DNA from: an uncultured cyanobacterium
GTDB lineage: Bacteria; Cyanobacteriota; Cyanobacteriia; Pseudanabaenales; Pseudanabaenaceae
Length of the DNA: 64,000 bases
Reading direction: 5' to 3'
Assembly (NCBI GenBank): GCA_963750795.1
Contig: CAVVRZ010000018.1
Location: forward strand, 40,245 to 104,244
Below, piece after piece: positions 46,969 to 55,648 of this stretch (position 1 is the first letter of the stretch; each line of letters opens with the position of its first letter). A program made the position numbers and the translations under genes. Below the pieces are notes generated by a model that was not told the DNA's origin, did not search any database, and saw only the letters and a program-made list of their open reading frames with translations.

Positions 46969-47493
46969 TTATGAATTACCTTGATGCTTTACAAAAGGTA
47001 TCAAATGCATCATGAAATCACGCTTACCTATGGGTACTCCTTCCATACGCAGGATATTGTAGGCTGTGGTCAAATGGAAGTAAAAATTTGGCATCAGAAA
47101 ATCATCCACATATGAGAGTCCAGATAGTTCGAGGTATAGACCTTCCCCAAGTTCAATCCGCTTGATCTCTGCAAGCATGGTATCGCTAACATTGATACTT
47201 GCCAAAAGTTCCTTTGTAGATGAAATATGACCGCGAGCTTCATCTAGGGATGCTACGTCGGGAGGTAAGTTGTTCGCCGCCTGTCCTAAGCACCACAAGG
47301 CAAAGTTGCGGGGCTGATTGCAAGTAAATACAATTTGTGTACCGAAGGGCAACATATCAGGAGCTATGCGGCGCTGCAATATAGATTCCACATCAGCTCC
47401 GAAATGACTCTCTGCTAACTTTAAGAGATGGCTCAATGTGTCGAGTCTAGAACTAAAGATATTTTGTATTGCTTTGATCTTCTCATTTTCCAT
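46969..47493 (-). CDS. DUF1993 domain protein
   Basis: RRIAPDMLPFGTQIVF...MPNFYFHLTTAYNILRMEGVPIGKRDF is the DUF1993 signature. Confidence 0.75.
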   Translation of the reverse strand: MENEKIKAIQNIFSSRLDTLSHLLKLAESHFGADVESILQRRIAPDMLPFGTQIVFTCNQPRNFALWCLGQAANNLPPDVASLDEARGHISSTKELLASINVSDTMLAEIKRIELGEGLYLELSGLSYVDDFLMPNFYFHLTTAYNILRMEGVPIGKRDFMMHLIPFVKHQGNS

Positions 47494-47550
47494 ATATATT
47501 CGAGTCAGATAAATTTTGGTTTGTAATGCAATTATGGCTTAATTACTTTG

Positions 47551-47646
47551 GAGATCGCATTAACAATCTATCTATATAAAGGCGATCGCTTGTACTTTGA
47601 GTCTTGATTTTCAGGCGATCGCATCAATCATCTATCTGCTAAAGGG
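47551..47646 (+). repeat. two direct copies of a ~32-bp motif (GATCGC-N2-YAAYNATCTATCT-N2-5-CTAAAGG) downstream of the HNH cassette
   Basis: gagatcgcattaacaatctatctatataaagg at 47551-47582 and ggcgatcgcatcaatcatctatctgctaaaggg at 47614-47646. Confidence 0.7.
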
Positions 47647-47684
47647 TTTGCTGTAGACGATCAATTAGACAAATGTAGAAATAA

Positions 47685-48086
47685 TTATGGAAACAAACCC
47701 AAACGAATCCATAGTTTTCGAGCAGCTACTTGAGCAGCGCTATTCATCTTTAAATTTTCCACAGTCACCTTTCCAACGGCAGTAATTCCCATAACCATGC
47801 CAGCCTCCGTATCGCTCTGAAAATGTTCACCCCACAAATTCTGTCTTGGATGAAAAAATTGAACTTTACTGTTTGAATCATTGTCAATGCCGCTAATACG
47901 AGTGCCTTTACGAAGATTGCAGGATCGACAGGCAAGAGCTAGATTCGACTCGTCATTTGTCCCTTGCTGGGAGAGAGGGATGATATATTCAACCTCAAAA
48001 GGGAAGTTAAAAACCAATTCTGGAGCATGGCAGTATTCGCAACGATAATTAGCGCGTTCTGCGATCGCACTATAATAGGGATTCAT
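47685..48086 (-). CDS. HNH endonuclease-family protein with Tyr in place of the first catalytic His
   Basis: CEYCHAP...FEVEYIIPLSQQGTNDESNLALACRSCNLRKG. The canonical sequence is (D/E)HIIP. Confidence 0.7.
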   Translation of the reverse strand: MNPYYSAIAERANYRCEYCHAPELVFNFPFEVEYIIPLSQQGTNDESNLALACRSCNLRKGTRISGIDNDSNSKVQFFHPRQNLWGEHFQSDTEAGMVMGITAVGKVTVENLKMNSAAQVAARKLWIRLGLFP

Positions 48087-48094
48087 ATACTTAG

Positions 48095-48445
48095 TTACTG
48101 CATTAAGGCGGTTATTCGTGCAGTTGCTGCCCTTAGTTCAGCATCAACTAAATTATCTAGCTCTGCTTGTTGTTCCAGTAGTAATGTTTCTCCCCGATCG
48201 CGTGCTACTCGCCATAAATTCATTAACTCCGATAACCGTTTTTGTTGATCGGCGCTAAAAAATAGATCTGGATGAAAACTGTTGATAACGATCAGCGCAC
48301 TGAAATCAACTTCACCTAACTGAGCAGTTAATCCATCTAGAGCTTGCCCCGCAGTTTTACCAACCCACTGCTTATCTCCTGCGATCGCCCGATAGGATTT
48401 TTCACCGCTAACACTAGATATTGGCAAGATTGATACTGTGGTCAT
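48095..48445 (-). CDS. hypothetical protein co-transcribed with the HNH gene
   Basis: 116-aa ORF ending 8 nt before the HNH start. Confidence 0.5.
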   Translation of the reverse strand: MTTVSILPISSVSGEKSYRAIAGDKQWVGKTAGQALDGLTAQLGEVDFSALIVINSFHPDLFFSADQQKRLSELMNLWRVARDRGETLLLEQQAELDNLVDAELRAATARITALMQ

Positions 48446-48498
48446 ACCCCTAACCTGAAGATCTTTTGCTACCTCACATTATAGCTTTGAGATATCTT

Positions 48499-48534
48499 AC
48501 GATCGCCTCAATGATCTATCTATTTGCTAAATGC
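48499..48534 (+). repeat. third direct copy of the GATCGC...ATCTATCT...CTAAA motif, upstream of the HNH cassette
   Basis: acgatcgcctcaatgatctatctatttgctaaatgc. Confidence 0.65.
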
Positions 48535-48825
48535 AAGGAAGCCCTTCATCGCTACACTGTCCAATCTTCGGTTACTAAACTTGGAACTGAGTTTATCGAG
48601 CCAATTGTCGGAGCTAGACTGACTTTTAAATTTATGTTGAAGATCGAAAACTAATTGTTCAAGGTTTATCAAGCGTTGCTCAAGTGTTGCTGTGTCAAGC
48701 ATGGCTGAGCCTAGATTGAAAGTTATTACTCAGCAGTCTAACTAAAAATTTGTAACTGTGTTCAAGTCAGTATCAATAAAAACAAAAATAAGGTGCGTTC
48801 ATTAACTACAAGATTGGCGATCGCA

Positions 48826-50325
48826 CTACTCTCTAACATAGTTAATGTTAATTAAGGGGGTAAATCCAGCATCTATGAGATTCTTTTTCCAATCCACAAG
48901 TTTCATGTGAAAAATGATGGAATTGATGTCTGAGAGCTTTTCAATTGCCGTCCTACGATCAAGAATCAACCACAAACAAATTGTCTTTATATTTACAACT
49001 TCTTCATCTATTACAATAGAATCGGTATTATTTTGAAGTATTTTTACAGTATTTATAGCCTGATCAATTACATATGAAAGTTTTTGTGGAGTCCCCTTTT
49101 TGACAAAATACAAAGCGCTATCTTTATATAAATCCATTTTTTCAACTGAGTATCTACCACCTAAACTATTTAAATTTCGATCATAGTTTAGGTATCCGTC
49201 ACCTACACGATCTTGATTGAATTGAACCTCATCAATTCCAGAACTGATATCAAAACGAGGCTCATAATTTATATCGATCTTGTCAACTTCCTCTTCTAAA
49301 AAATCTACATATGATTGATTGAACTTGTGCCAAACTCCATCTATTAAACAATAACGTTCATCTTCCTGAATAAAATCTAGATAGAATTTTAGTGGCTTTG
49401 TATGATCTCTTCCATACTCATTGTGAACTTTCACTTTCAGGTTATTAATTTGCTCTTCAAGATTTATTCTATTGCTCCTCAAGAAATCAATCAGTGACCT
49501 TATACTGAGTTCATTTAGACGAACAGCCTCATCACTTTTCCATTTTAAATAGAGGCTATATTCATAGCTATCTGCAAAAATAAAATCTACCCCAGACATA
49601 CTAAACTCTTCAATATTAATTTCAGAGTTCCCTGAATTTAATATTGCTCTAGCCAAAACTTTATCTAAGCGTTGAATTTCATTGCTATCTTTGACAATAT
49701 CTACTTTGGGTAGTTTTACTCTAGTTGGCTGTCTGAGGACATCTTCAATATTATTTATAAGACTTGCAATCTCATGTGGTTCTTTAGCTATATTCAAATG
49801 TACAGAAGTGCCAAAGCTAACCATTTCCCCCCATATATTTTTATTGATGGTTTTAGCCTTGATGTAGTGCATTGATTCTCCACTATCAATAGTCATTTGG
49901 CTACCTTGTTGATAGGTCGTTATCATCTTACTTTTAGCACTTTTATAGTATTTAGAGTTCTTGATTTTAAGATCTTTTTCGTCAATAATTCTTTCTGCCA
50001 AGTTTAAACCAAATTCAGTATCACAGAATTGACTTAAGTAAAAATGTGCTTTGCCTAGACTTACCGCATAGCAAGTTTCTTGCCCTGAGATTAGTAAGAC
50101 TCCAAAGTGCATTAGATTCTTGGGTGTCTCTAAATCTCCTAAAAATCCTTTATATGTTTCGACCCACCAAATATCAATCTCATCTGGCTGACTCGAAAAG
50201 AAAAACTTCATATGGAAGCCTTCTAAGTTTTGCTCACTAATTTGCTCCAAGCCAGATATTCTTAGCTTGTCGATTAAACTCTCTTCTCTAGCTTTAGGAA
50301 TTCTATAAAGATTGTATTTAGCCAT
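48826..50325 (-). CDS. DUF6119 / TIGR04141-like sporadically distributed protein (AT-rich, HIP1-free gene)
   Basis: 499 aa. N-terminus MAKYNLYRIPK. C-terminal YSVEKMDLYKDSALYFVKKGTPQKLSYVIDQA resembles an E-x-K nuclease-like core. Family assignment is from memory. Confidence 0.5.
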   Translation of the reverse strand: MAKYNLYRIPKAREESLIDKLRISGLEQISEQNLEGFHMKFFFSSQPDEIDIWWVETYKGFLGDLETPKNLMHFGVLLISGQETCYAVSLGKAHFYLSQFCDTEFGLNLAERIIDEKDLKIKNSKYYKSAKSKMITTYQQGSQMTIDSGESMHYIKAKTINKNIWGEMVSFGTSVHLNIAKEPHEIASLINNIEDVLRQPTRVKLPKVDIVKDSNEIQRLDKVLARAILNSGNSEINIEEFSMSGVDFIFADSYEYSLYLKWKSDEAVRLNELSIRSLIDFLRSNRINLEEQINNLKVKVHNEYGRDHTKPLKFYLDFIQEDERYCLIDGVWHKFNQSYVDFLEEEVDKIDINYEPRFDISSGIDEVQFNQDRVGDGYLNYDRNLNSLGGRYSVEKMDLYKDSALYFVKKGTPQKLSYVIDQAINTVKILQNNTDSIVIDEEVVNIKTICLWLILDRRTAIEKLSDINSIIFHMKLVDWKKNLIDAGFTPLININYVRE

Positions 50326-50530
50326 AGAGATTTAATTGCCATACTGAGGACAAATTACTGTAAATCCTACTTTAAGTCAAATAAGCTCGCATTAACATTA
50401 AGCTCGATCACTATTATTGGTAGTCGTGATTTATGGGGCGATCAATAGTTTGCGAAATGTGATCGCTGGTTGATTTTTTGCGAAATTGGAATACAAGTGT
50501 TATGCTTGACGTAACACATAAAACTTGCCT

Positions 50531-50815
50531 ATGCCTCAAAAATATAAAGACAAACGCACAGCCAAATTTGCTGAGGGCGATCGCGTCAAAGAATTTCAGG
50601 CATTTGAAAGACAAGCATACAAACGTCTAGAAATTCTAGATGCCGCACCTGATAAAGAATCCTTAATGGCTCTGCCAAGCAACCGTTTTGAGGCATTAGG
50701 TGGAGATAGAAAAGGGCAGTACAGCATCCGCATAAATGACAAATGGCGTATTTGTTTTGAGTGGACAGAAACAGAAAATCGCCCATTTAATATCGAAATT
50801 GTCGATTATCACTAA
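50531..50815 (+). CDS. higB: HigB-type (RelE/ParE superfamily) toxin
   Basis: KDKRTAKFAEGDRVKEF...LEILDAA...LPSNRFEALGGDRKGQYSIRINDKWRICFEW. ATG at 50531 is preferred over the TTG at 50525. Confidence 0.75.
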   Translation: MPQKYKDKRTAKFAEGDRVKEFQAFERQAYKRLEILDAAPDKESLMALPSNRFEALGGDRKGQYSIRINDKWRICFEWTETENRPFNIEIVDYH

Positions 50816-50829
50816 AGGAGAAAATAACT

Positions 50830-51144
50830 ATGGGAAGACCCGCAATTCACGCTGGCGAAATCTTAGCAGATGAGCTAGAAGAACTTGGAATTAGTGCATC
50901 AGAACTAGCGCGATCGCTCCATATACCCACAAATCGGATTACGCAAATTCTCAAAGGACAAAGAGGCATCACGGCTGACACTGCATTACGTCTGGGACGA
51001 TGGTTTGGGACTGGTGCAGAACTATGGCTTAATTTGCAAAAAGCCTATGAGTTACGCCTAGCCGAGGAGTTATCGGGGGAAGAAATTCAAAAAACGATTC
51101 AACCTCGTTCAGCGATAAACAATCAGCAGTTAGTTCAAGTTTAA
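50830..51144 (+). CDS. higA: HigA-family antitoxin (XRE HTH)
   Basis: IHAGEILADELEELGISASELARSLHIPTNRITQILKGQRGITADTALRLGRWFG. Confidence 0.8.
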   Translation: MGRPAIHAGEILADELEELGISASELARSLHIPTNRITQILKGQRGITADTALRLGRWFGTGAELWLNLQKAYELRLAEELSGEEIQKTIQPRSAINNQQLVQV

Positions 51145-51229
51145 ATAGATAAATTTGGGTTATTGGGAATGCGATCGCTATTCCTGTGAGTCATAATTTT
51201 TAGGCGATCGCAATACTTGACAACTAAAT

Positions 51230-51263
51230 AATAAAAAAGCCGCCTGTTGGCGGCTTTTTTATT
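51230..51263. terminator. bidirectional hairpin between higA and hemA
   Basis: aataaaaaagccgcc tgtt ggcggcttttttatt. Confidence 0.7.
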
Positions 51264-52563
51264 AACCTTCTTTAAGTTGACTAGAAGGTGAATCTAGGTC
51301 AAAGAGAACTTGCAACATTTGCATAGCCTTGCGGCGCGTCTCGATGTCCTGTTGGGCGCGAAGCTGTACCATCGGATCATGGAGGATTTTATTGATGATG
51401 CCGCGAGTCATGCTCTCGATTACATCCTGATGCTTGTCCGCAAAATCATTGCCGAGACGAGATAGAGCTTTCTCCATTTCCTGCTCGCGGATGATTTCCA
51501 TCTTTTGACGCAGCTTGCTGATCGTGGGCACTGTCTCTAGCGATCGCCACCATAGATCAAAACCAGCCACACAGCCTTCTAATAAAACCTCAGCTTGCAT
51601 CGCCATTTGACGGCGGCTTTCTTGATTTTCCGCAACCACCGCTTGCAGATCATCAACGTTGTAGGCTTTGGTGTTGGGCAACTCGTTGACATCGGAGCCA
51701 ATATTGCGGGGAACCGAAATATCAACGAGGGTCAAGCCCGTGTGATTTGCGGCAATTTCTAACAAATGCTGCTTACCAATGATTACCTCAGTGGAAGCCG
51801 TACTGGTAAATACCAAGTCCGAAATTGCCACGCAATCAAACATCTGCTCTAGGGGACGAATATCAAACTCCGCACCACTAGCTTCAAATTCTTTGATTAG
51901 ATCTTCGGCACGTTTGCGCGATCGGTTGACGATCGCAATTTTTTGAGCGCCCTTAGAAATTAAATGCTTCACCAATAGGCGTGACATCTTGCCAGCACCA
52001 ATGATCGTAGTGTGCTTATCTGACAGATTTTGGAGCTTGATCTGAGCAAGCTCCACTGCTGCCGAACTGATCGATACTGCACCCGTGCCAATTTCAGTTT
52101 CGGTGCGTACCCGTTTACCTGCGGATAGAGCGTCTTTAAATAATTGATTGAGGATACGACCTGCGCCGTTGTGCTGTTGAGCCAATCGATGGGTAGTTTT
52201 GACTTGGGCGAGGATCTGACCTTCCCCCAACACTAGACTGTCTAAGCCTGAAGCCACCCGCATCAAGTGCGTAACGGCATCTTGACGTAGCAAAATAAAT
52301 AAATAGCGGCGGAGAAACTGTAGAGGTAGTTGGCTAAATTCCGACAAGAACTGCATAATTTCGCGAATGCCACCTTCAGCTTCGCTAGTAACCACATACA
52401 ATTCGAGGCGGTTACAGGTACTCAAAATCGCAGCTTCTTCAATGTTCGGATAGCTCATAAGTTGAGCGATCGCTGCTTCCATGCGATCTTCAGGAATGCT
52501 CAACTTTTCGCGTACTTCCACAGTCGCCGTTTTGTGACTCAAGCCAACAACTGCAATATTCAT
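51262..52563 (-). CDS. hemA: glutamyl-tRNA reductase
   Basis: [30 protein letters not shown] and GAGKMS motifs. Confidence 0.95.
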   Translation of the reverse strand: MNIAVVGLSHKTATVEVREKLSIPEDRMEAAIAQLMSYPNIEEAAILSTCNRLELYVVTSEAEGGIREIMQFLSEFSQLPLQFLRRYLFILLRQDAVTHLMRVASGLDSLVLGEGQILAQVKTTHRLAQQHNGAGRILNQLFKDALSAGKRVRTETEIGTGAVSISSAAVELAQIKLQNLSDKHTTIIGAGKMSRLLVKHLISKGAQKIAIVNRSRKRAEDLIKEFEASGAEFDIRPLEQMFDCVAISDLVFTSTASTEVIIGKQHLLEIAANHTGLTLVDISVPRNIGSDVNELPNTKAYNVDDLQAVVAENQESRRQMAMQAEVLLEGCVAGFDLWWRSLETVPTISKLRQKMEIIREQEMEKALSRLGNDFADKHQDVIESMTRGIINKILHDPMVQLRAQQDIETRRKAMQMLQVLFDLDSPSSQLKEG

Positions 52564-52828
52564 ATCGTAAATGCGTTTCTTATTTAAGAATTGGACTAGA
52601 AATGATTATGTTATTGGTAGAGCTTATCAGGAGATAGATACCAATGTAGTAGGTACTTATTACTCCTTAACTTTCTGTAACAGAGTTCGGCTGACGTAGC
52701 AGTCCTGAATTATTTGCGAGAAAATCATGGTTTAAGTACTTCGACAAATTCACCCCTATGATCAGCTTAGCAAAGGACATAACTAAAATAATCCCAAGGC
52801 GATCGCTATTTAAACGATGTTATAGACA

Positions 52829-52940
52829 ATTCAAATAAGAAAAATAGGGCTTCGACCCTTCGACAAGCTCAGTGCATCGCTTCGCTCAGACAGCAATATA
52901 CGATGGCTGAGCGAAGTCGAAGCCTCTTGAATTTATTTGG
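52829..52940. mobile_element. MITE family 1, long form
   Basis: aattcaaataagaaaaatagggcttcgacccttcgacaagctcagtgcatcgcttcgctcagac...gtcgaagcctcttgaatttatttgg. Confidence 0.75.
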
Positions 52941-53023
52941 TTTATAGGATTTTAGCTAGGGGGCTATGGCAATCTAAGCAGACTATCAACATTACTAGAA
53001 CATCTGCTCAAGCATTACTTGCG

Positions 53024-54604
53024 TCAATTGATATTAGGGGGACGGTTATATTTACGAGAGACCTCTTTCTTTTGGCGTTGGGGAGGAAACCACGATCGCC
53101 AAACCCAAACTAAAATGCTTTCGAGCATTTCCGCCAGTTCGATCGCCGCTTTACTTACTTTTTGCAAAGGTGATAATTGGCGAGATGGACGGCTCGAACG
53201 GCTGGTTGAAGATGATCTTGGGGCTGGGTTTGTGGAGGCTTTGCGAGGTTGAGCAGATCGGCGATCGCGATGGGGAGAATTTTGTGGGGAATTAACAGGC
53301 GATCGTCTAGGAGCAACTCGCGCTTGAGCAGGTTGGCGGTAGCTTTGCTGGGCGAGGTGGGTTTCCAGTTCGGTATGGGTGGGAATGTTATGGAAATCGG
53401 CATCGGTTTCATAAATTTCGACGCAGCGCTTCGGCAGACTGGGCAAATCGATTTGGGCTTTGGGCAGATCAAGTATGGGCTGTTCGATCAAAGCTTCTGC
53501 AACTGGAGCCGAAACTTCTTCCTCCAATCCCTGCAATGTCCAGTTTCGCTCCGCCTTGGCTCCCCCCAAGCGCAAACAATTACCCGCATGATCGAGAATC
53601 AAAGCTTTACGTCCACCTTTAGGACGCAAGCCTCGACCGAGCATTTGTAAATGTAGGGCAACGGATTTGGTGGGACGACAAAGTTGAATCACTTCGATTT
53701 CAGGAACATCAAAGCCTTCAGTGAATAAATTGACATTGCAAAGTACCTTAGTGTCACCAGCGCGAAAGCGTGCCAGAATTGCCTGTCGCTCTTTGGGGAC
53801 AGTCTCACCATCGATATGTTCGGCGGCAATCCCTGCGGTTTGATAACGTTCGGCGATCGCCTTGGAATGGTCTAAGTTAATGGCAAAGACGACACAGCGT
53901 TTTTGGTGAGCATGGCGCAAATAGGCATCGACAGCGCAACCTGCCACATAGCGGCGATCAATCCGTTCCGCAAGATCCGCCGAATTAAAATCTCCCCCCG
54001 CAATACGAATCCCTTCCTCAGTCGGTAAAAAGCTTTCGGGCGCAAGTACGTCATAATCGGCAAGAAAACCCCGCCAGATCAATTCCGATACCGAAGGTCC
54101 CACGACTAAGGCTTCGTAGAGGCGATCGAATCCCCTGCCGTCTAATCGCGAAGGAGTTGCTGTTACCCCCAAAATCAACGCTTCGGGGAAATGGCTCAAA
54201 ATCTTTAAATAACTAGGGGCAAGGGAAAGATGGGCTTCGTCAACGATGACAAGAGCGATCGCCCCCAAATCGATTTCTTGTTTTTCGAGACGCTTCACCA
54301 AGGTTTGCACGGAGGCACATTGTACGGAATGCTCTAGGTGCATCGGTTGATCAGCTTTAATGATGCCGACAGGCGATCGCAGAGTTTTTTCTAGGGTGTT
54401 TCGAGATTGCCATAGCAACTCTTCACGGTGAACTAACAGAAGAATGCGCTGTTGGCGATCGTAGAAATGTTTAGCAATTTCGCTAAAGGTGCGGGTTTTG
54501 CCTGAGCCTGTGGGCATGGCGAGCAAGATCGACCGTTTGCGCGATCGCCAAGTGGCATAAATCTCGTCGATCACCCGTTTTTGATAGTCTCGTAACTCAG
54601 ACAT
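53024..54604 (-). CDS. SF2 DEAD/DEAH-box (ResIII-type) helicase with basic Ser/Pro/Arg-rich C-terminal tail
   Basis: LRDYQ, motif I MPTGSGKT, motif II VDEAH, motif III TATP, motif VI QMLGRGLR. The tail has RRSPVNSPQNSPHRDRRSAQPRK... Confidence 0.8.
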   Translation of the reverse strand: MSELRDYQKRVIDEIYATWRSRKRSILLAMPTGSGKTRTFSEIAKHFYDRQQRILLLVHREELLWQSRNTLEKTLRSPVGIIKADQPMHLEHSVQCASVQTLVKRLEKQEIDLGAIALVIVDEAHLSLAPSYLKILSHFPEALILGVTATPSRLDGRGFDRLYEALVVGPSVSELIWRGFLADYDVLAPESFLPTEEGIRIAGGDFNSADLAERIDRRYVAGCAVDAYLRHAHQKRCVVFAINLDHSKAIAERYQTAGIAAEHIDGETVPKERQAILARFRAGDTKVLCNVNLFTEGFDVPEIEVIQLCRPTKSVALHLQMLGRGLRPKGGRKALILDHAGNCLRLGGAKAERNWTLQGLEEEVSAPVAEALIEQPILDLPKAQIDLPSLPKRCVEIYETDADFHNIPTHTELETHLAQQSYRQPAQARVAPRRSPVNSPQNSPHRDRRSAQPRKASTNPAPRSSSTSRSSRPSRQLSPLQKVSKAAIELAEMLESILVWVWRSWFPPQRQKKEVSRKYNRPPNIN

Positions 54605-54713
54605 CGCACGCCTCAAAAAAATCCCTAGTATTATGTCAGAAGTTTCTCAAAACGCATTAAAGATTTTGCTAGTCTGAGTCCTATAGCAAAAAAATAGTTA
54701 GCCAGTACAAACC

Positions 54714-54767
54714 AAAACCCAAGAAGCGAGTTGCGGCGCGGAGCGCCGCAACTCGCATTCTGGTTTT
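54714..54767. repeat. AAAACC...GGTTTT GC-core palindrome element
   Basis: aaaacccaagaagcgagttgcggcgc gga gcgccgcaactcgcattctggtttt. Near-identical to the reverse complement of 58356-58409. Confidence 0.7.
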
Positions 54768-54823
54768 ATGCCCTAAACAAAGCTTGTTTTGCTATCTACT
54801 GCAACCTAAATGAAGTTCAATCT

Positions 54824-55648
54824 ATGGTTATTGATCTCACTAATTCGATTCAAAAAATTGGACGTTTGCTGTCTATTGATCAAGAAGGCTATGTGGTCAA
54901 TGAATGCAGTTGGGAAGTGATCCAATCACCTTGGCGTGATCTAGTCATGGCGATCGCTAATCTTTGCCAACAACATTTAGGCGATCGCTTGCATAGTCTG
55001 TATTTGCGTGGCTCCGTCCCCCGTGGGCAGGCGATCGCTAAGGTATCTGACATCGATGCGATCGCCATAATTGACGGTGACATCACAGCAGACTTAGTGG
55101 ATCTCACAACCAGCTTAGAATCGCAATTGGAAAAGCAATATTTATTCTGTTCTAAGGTAGAACTTGATCCAGTATCCCTAGCGAAAGTTCAGGCTGATGT
55201 GCATTGGCAGATGCTCTTGCAGACCCAAGGCTTATGTATCTACGGCGAAGACTTGCGATCGCAATTTCCCAAATTCAAACCAGACCAAACCATGATCTCC
55301 CATGCGCCACAGTTAAAGGAAGATCTGGCAGAAGTGCAGCAACTTCTGCGATCACTGGTTCCGACTCAAAGTAATTATGAAGCGATCGTCAGGCAGAACT
55401 GTAGCTGGATCTGCAAAAGAATTGTTCGTTCTGGATTTGAACTGATTATGCCAACAGATCACTCATTTACAAGGGATCTTTATCCTTGTTATGAGAGGTT
55501 TAGCCATTACTTTCCTGCCCAATCACACCTGATGTATAAAGCCTTAGAATTGGCTATTCACCCATCGAGCAATCGCAACGGTTTATTAATGTTTCTCAGT
55601 CATTTTGGTACATGGTTGGGGCAGCAGATAGAAAATGAACTTACTTAA
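54824..55648 (+). CDS. nucleotidyltransferase-domain protein
   Basis: LYLRGSVPRGQAIAKVSDIDAIAIID is the G[SG]-x9-DxD Pol-beta NTase motif. ATG at 54824 is preferred because the upstream part of the ORF is the palindrome element. Confidence 0.6.
   Translation: MVIDLTNSIQKIGRLLSIDQEGYVVNECSWEVIQSPWRDLVMAIANLCQQHLGDRLHSLYLRGSVPRGQAIAKVSDIDAIAIIDGDITADLVDLTTSLESQLEKQYLFCSKVELDPVSLAKVQADVHWQMLLQTQGLCIYGEDLRSQFPKFKPDQTMISHAPQLKEDLAEVQQLLRSLVPTQSNYEAIVRQNCSWICKRIVRSGFELIMPTDHSFTRDLYPCYERFSHYFPAQSHLMYKALELAIHPSSNRNGLLMFLSHFGTWLGQQIENELT

Noticed and set aside
48520-48702. 60-aa minus-strand ORF starting MLDTATLEQRLINLEQLVFDLQ. It resembles the N-terminus of small cyanobacterial coiled-coil antitoxin-like proteins.
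   Set aside because: The C-terminal third is a translation of the third copy of the 32-bp direct repeat, so at best it is a disrupted remnant. Not called as a gene.
54731-54823. N-terminal 31 codons of the 305-aa nucleotidyltransferase ORF, and similarly the TTG-start extensions at 56787-56828, 4004-4051 and 43285-43314.
   Set aside because: The extensions begin at non-ATG codons inside palindromic repeat or hairpin sequence, or lack family conservation. Internal ATG starts give N-termini typical of the families.
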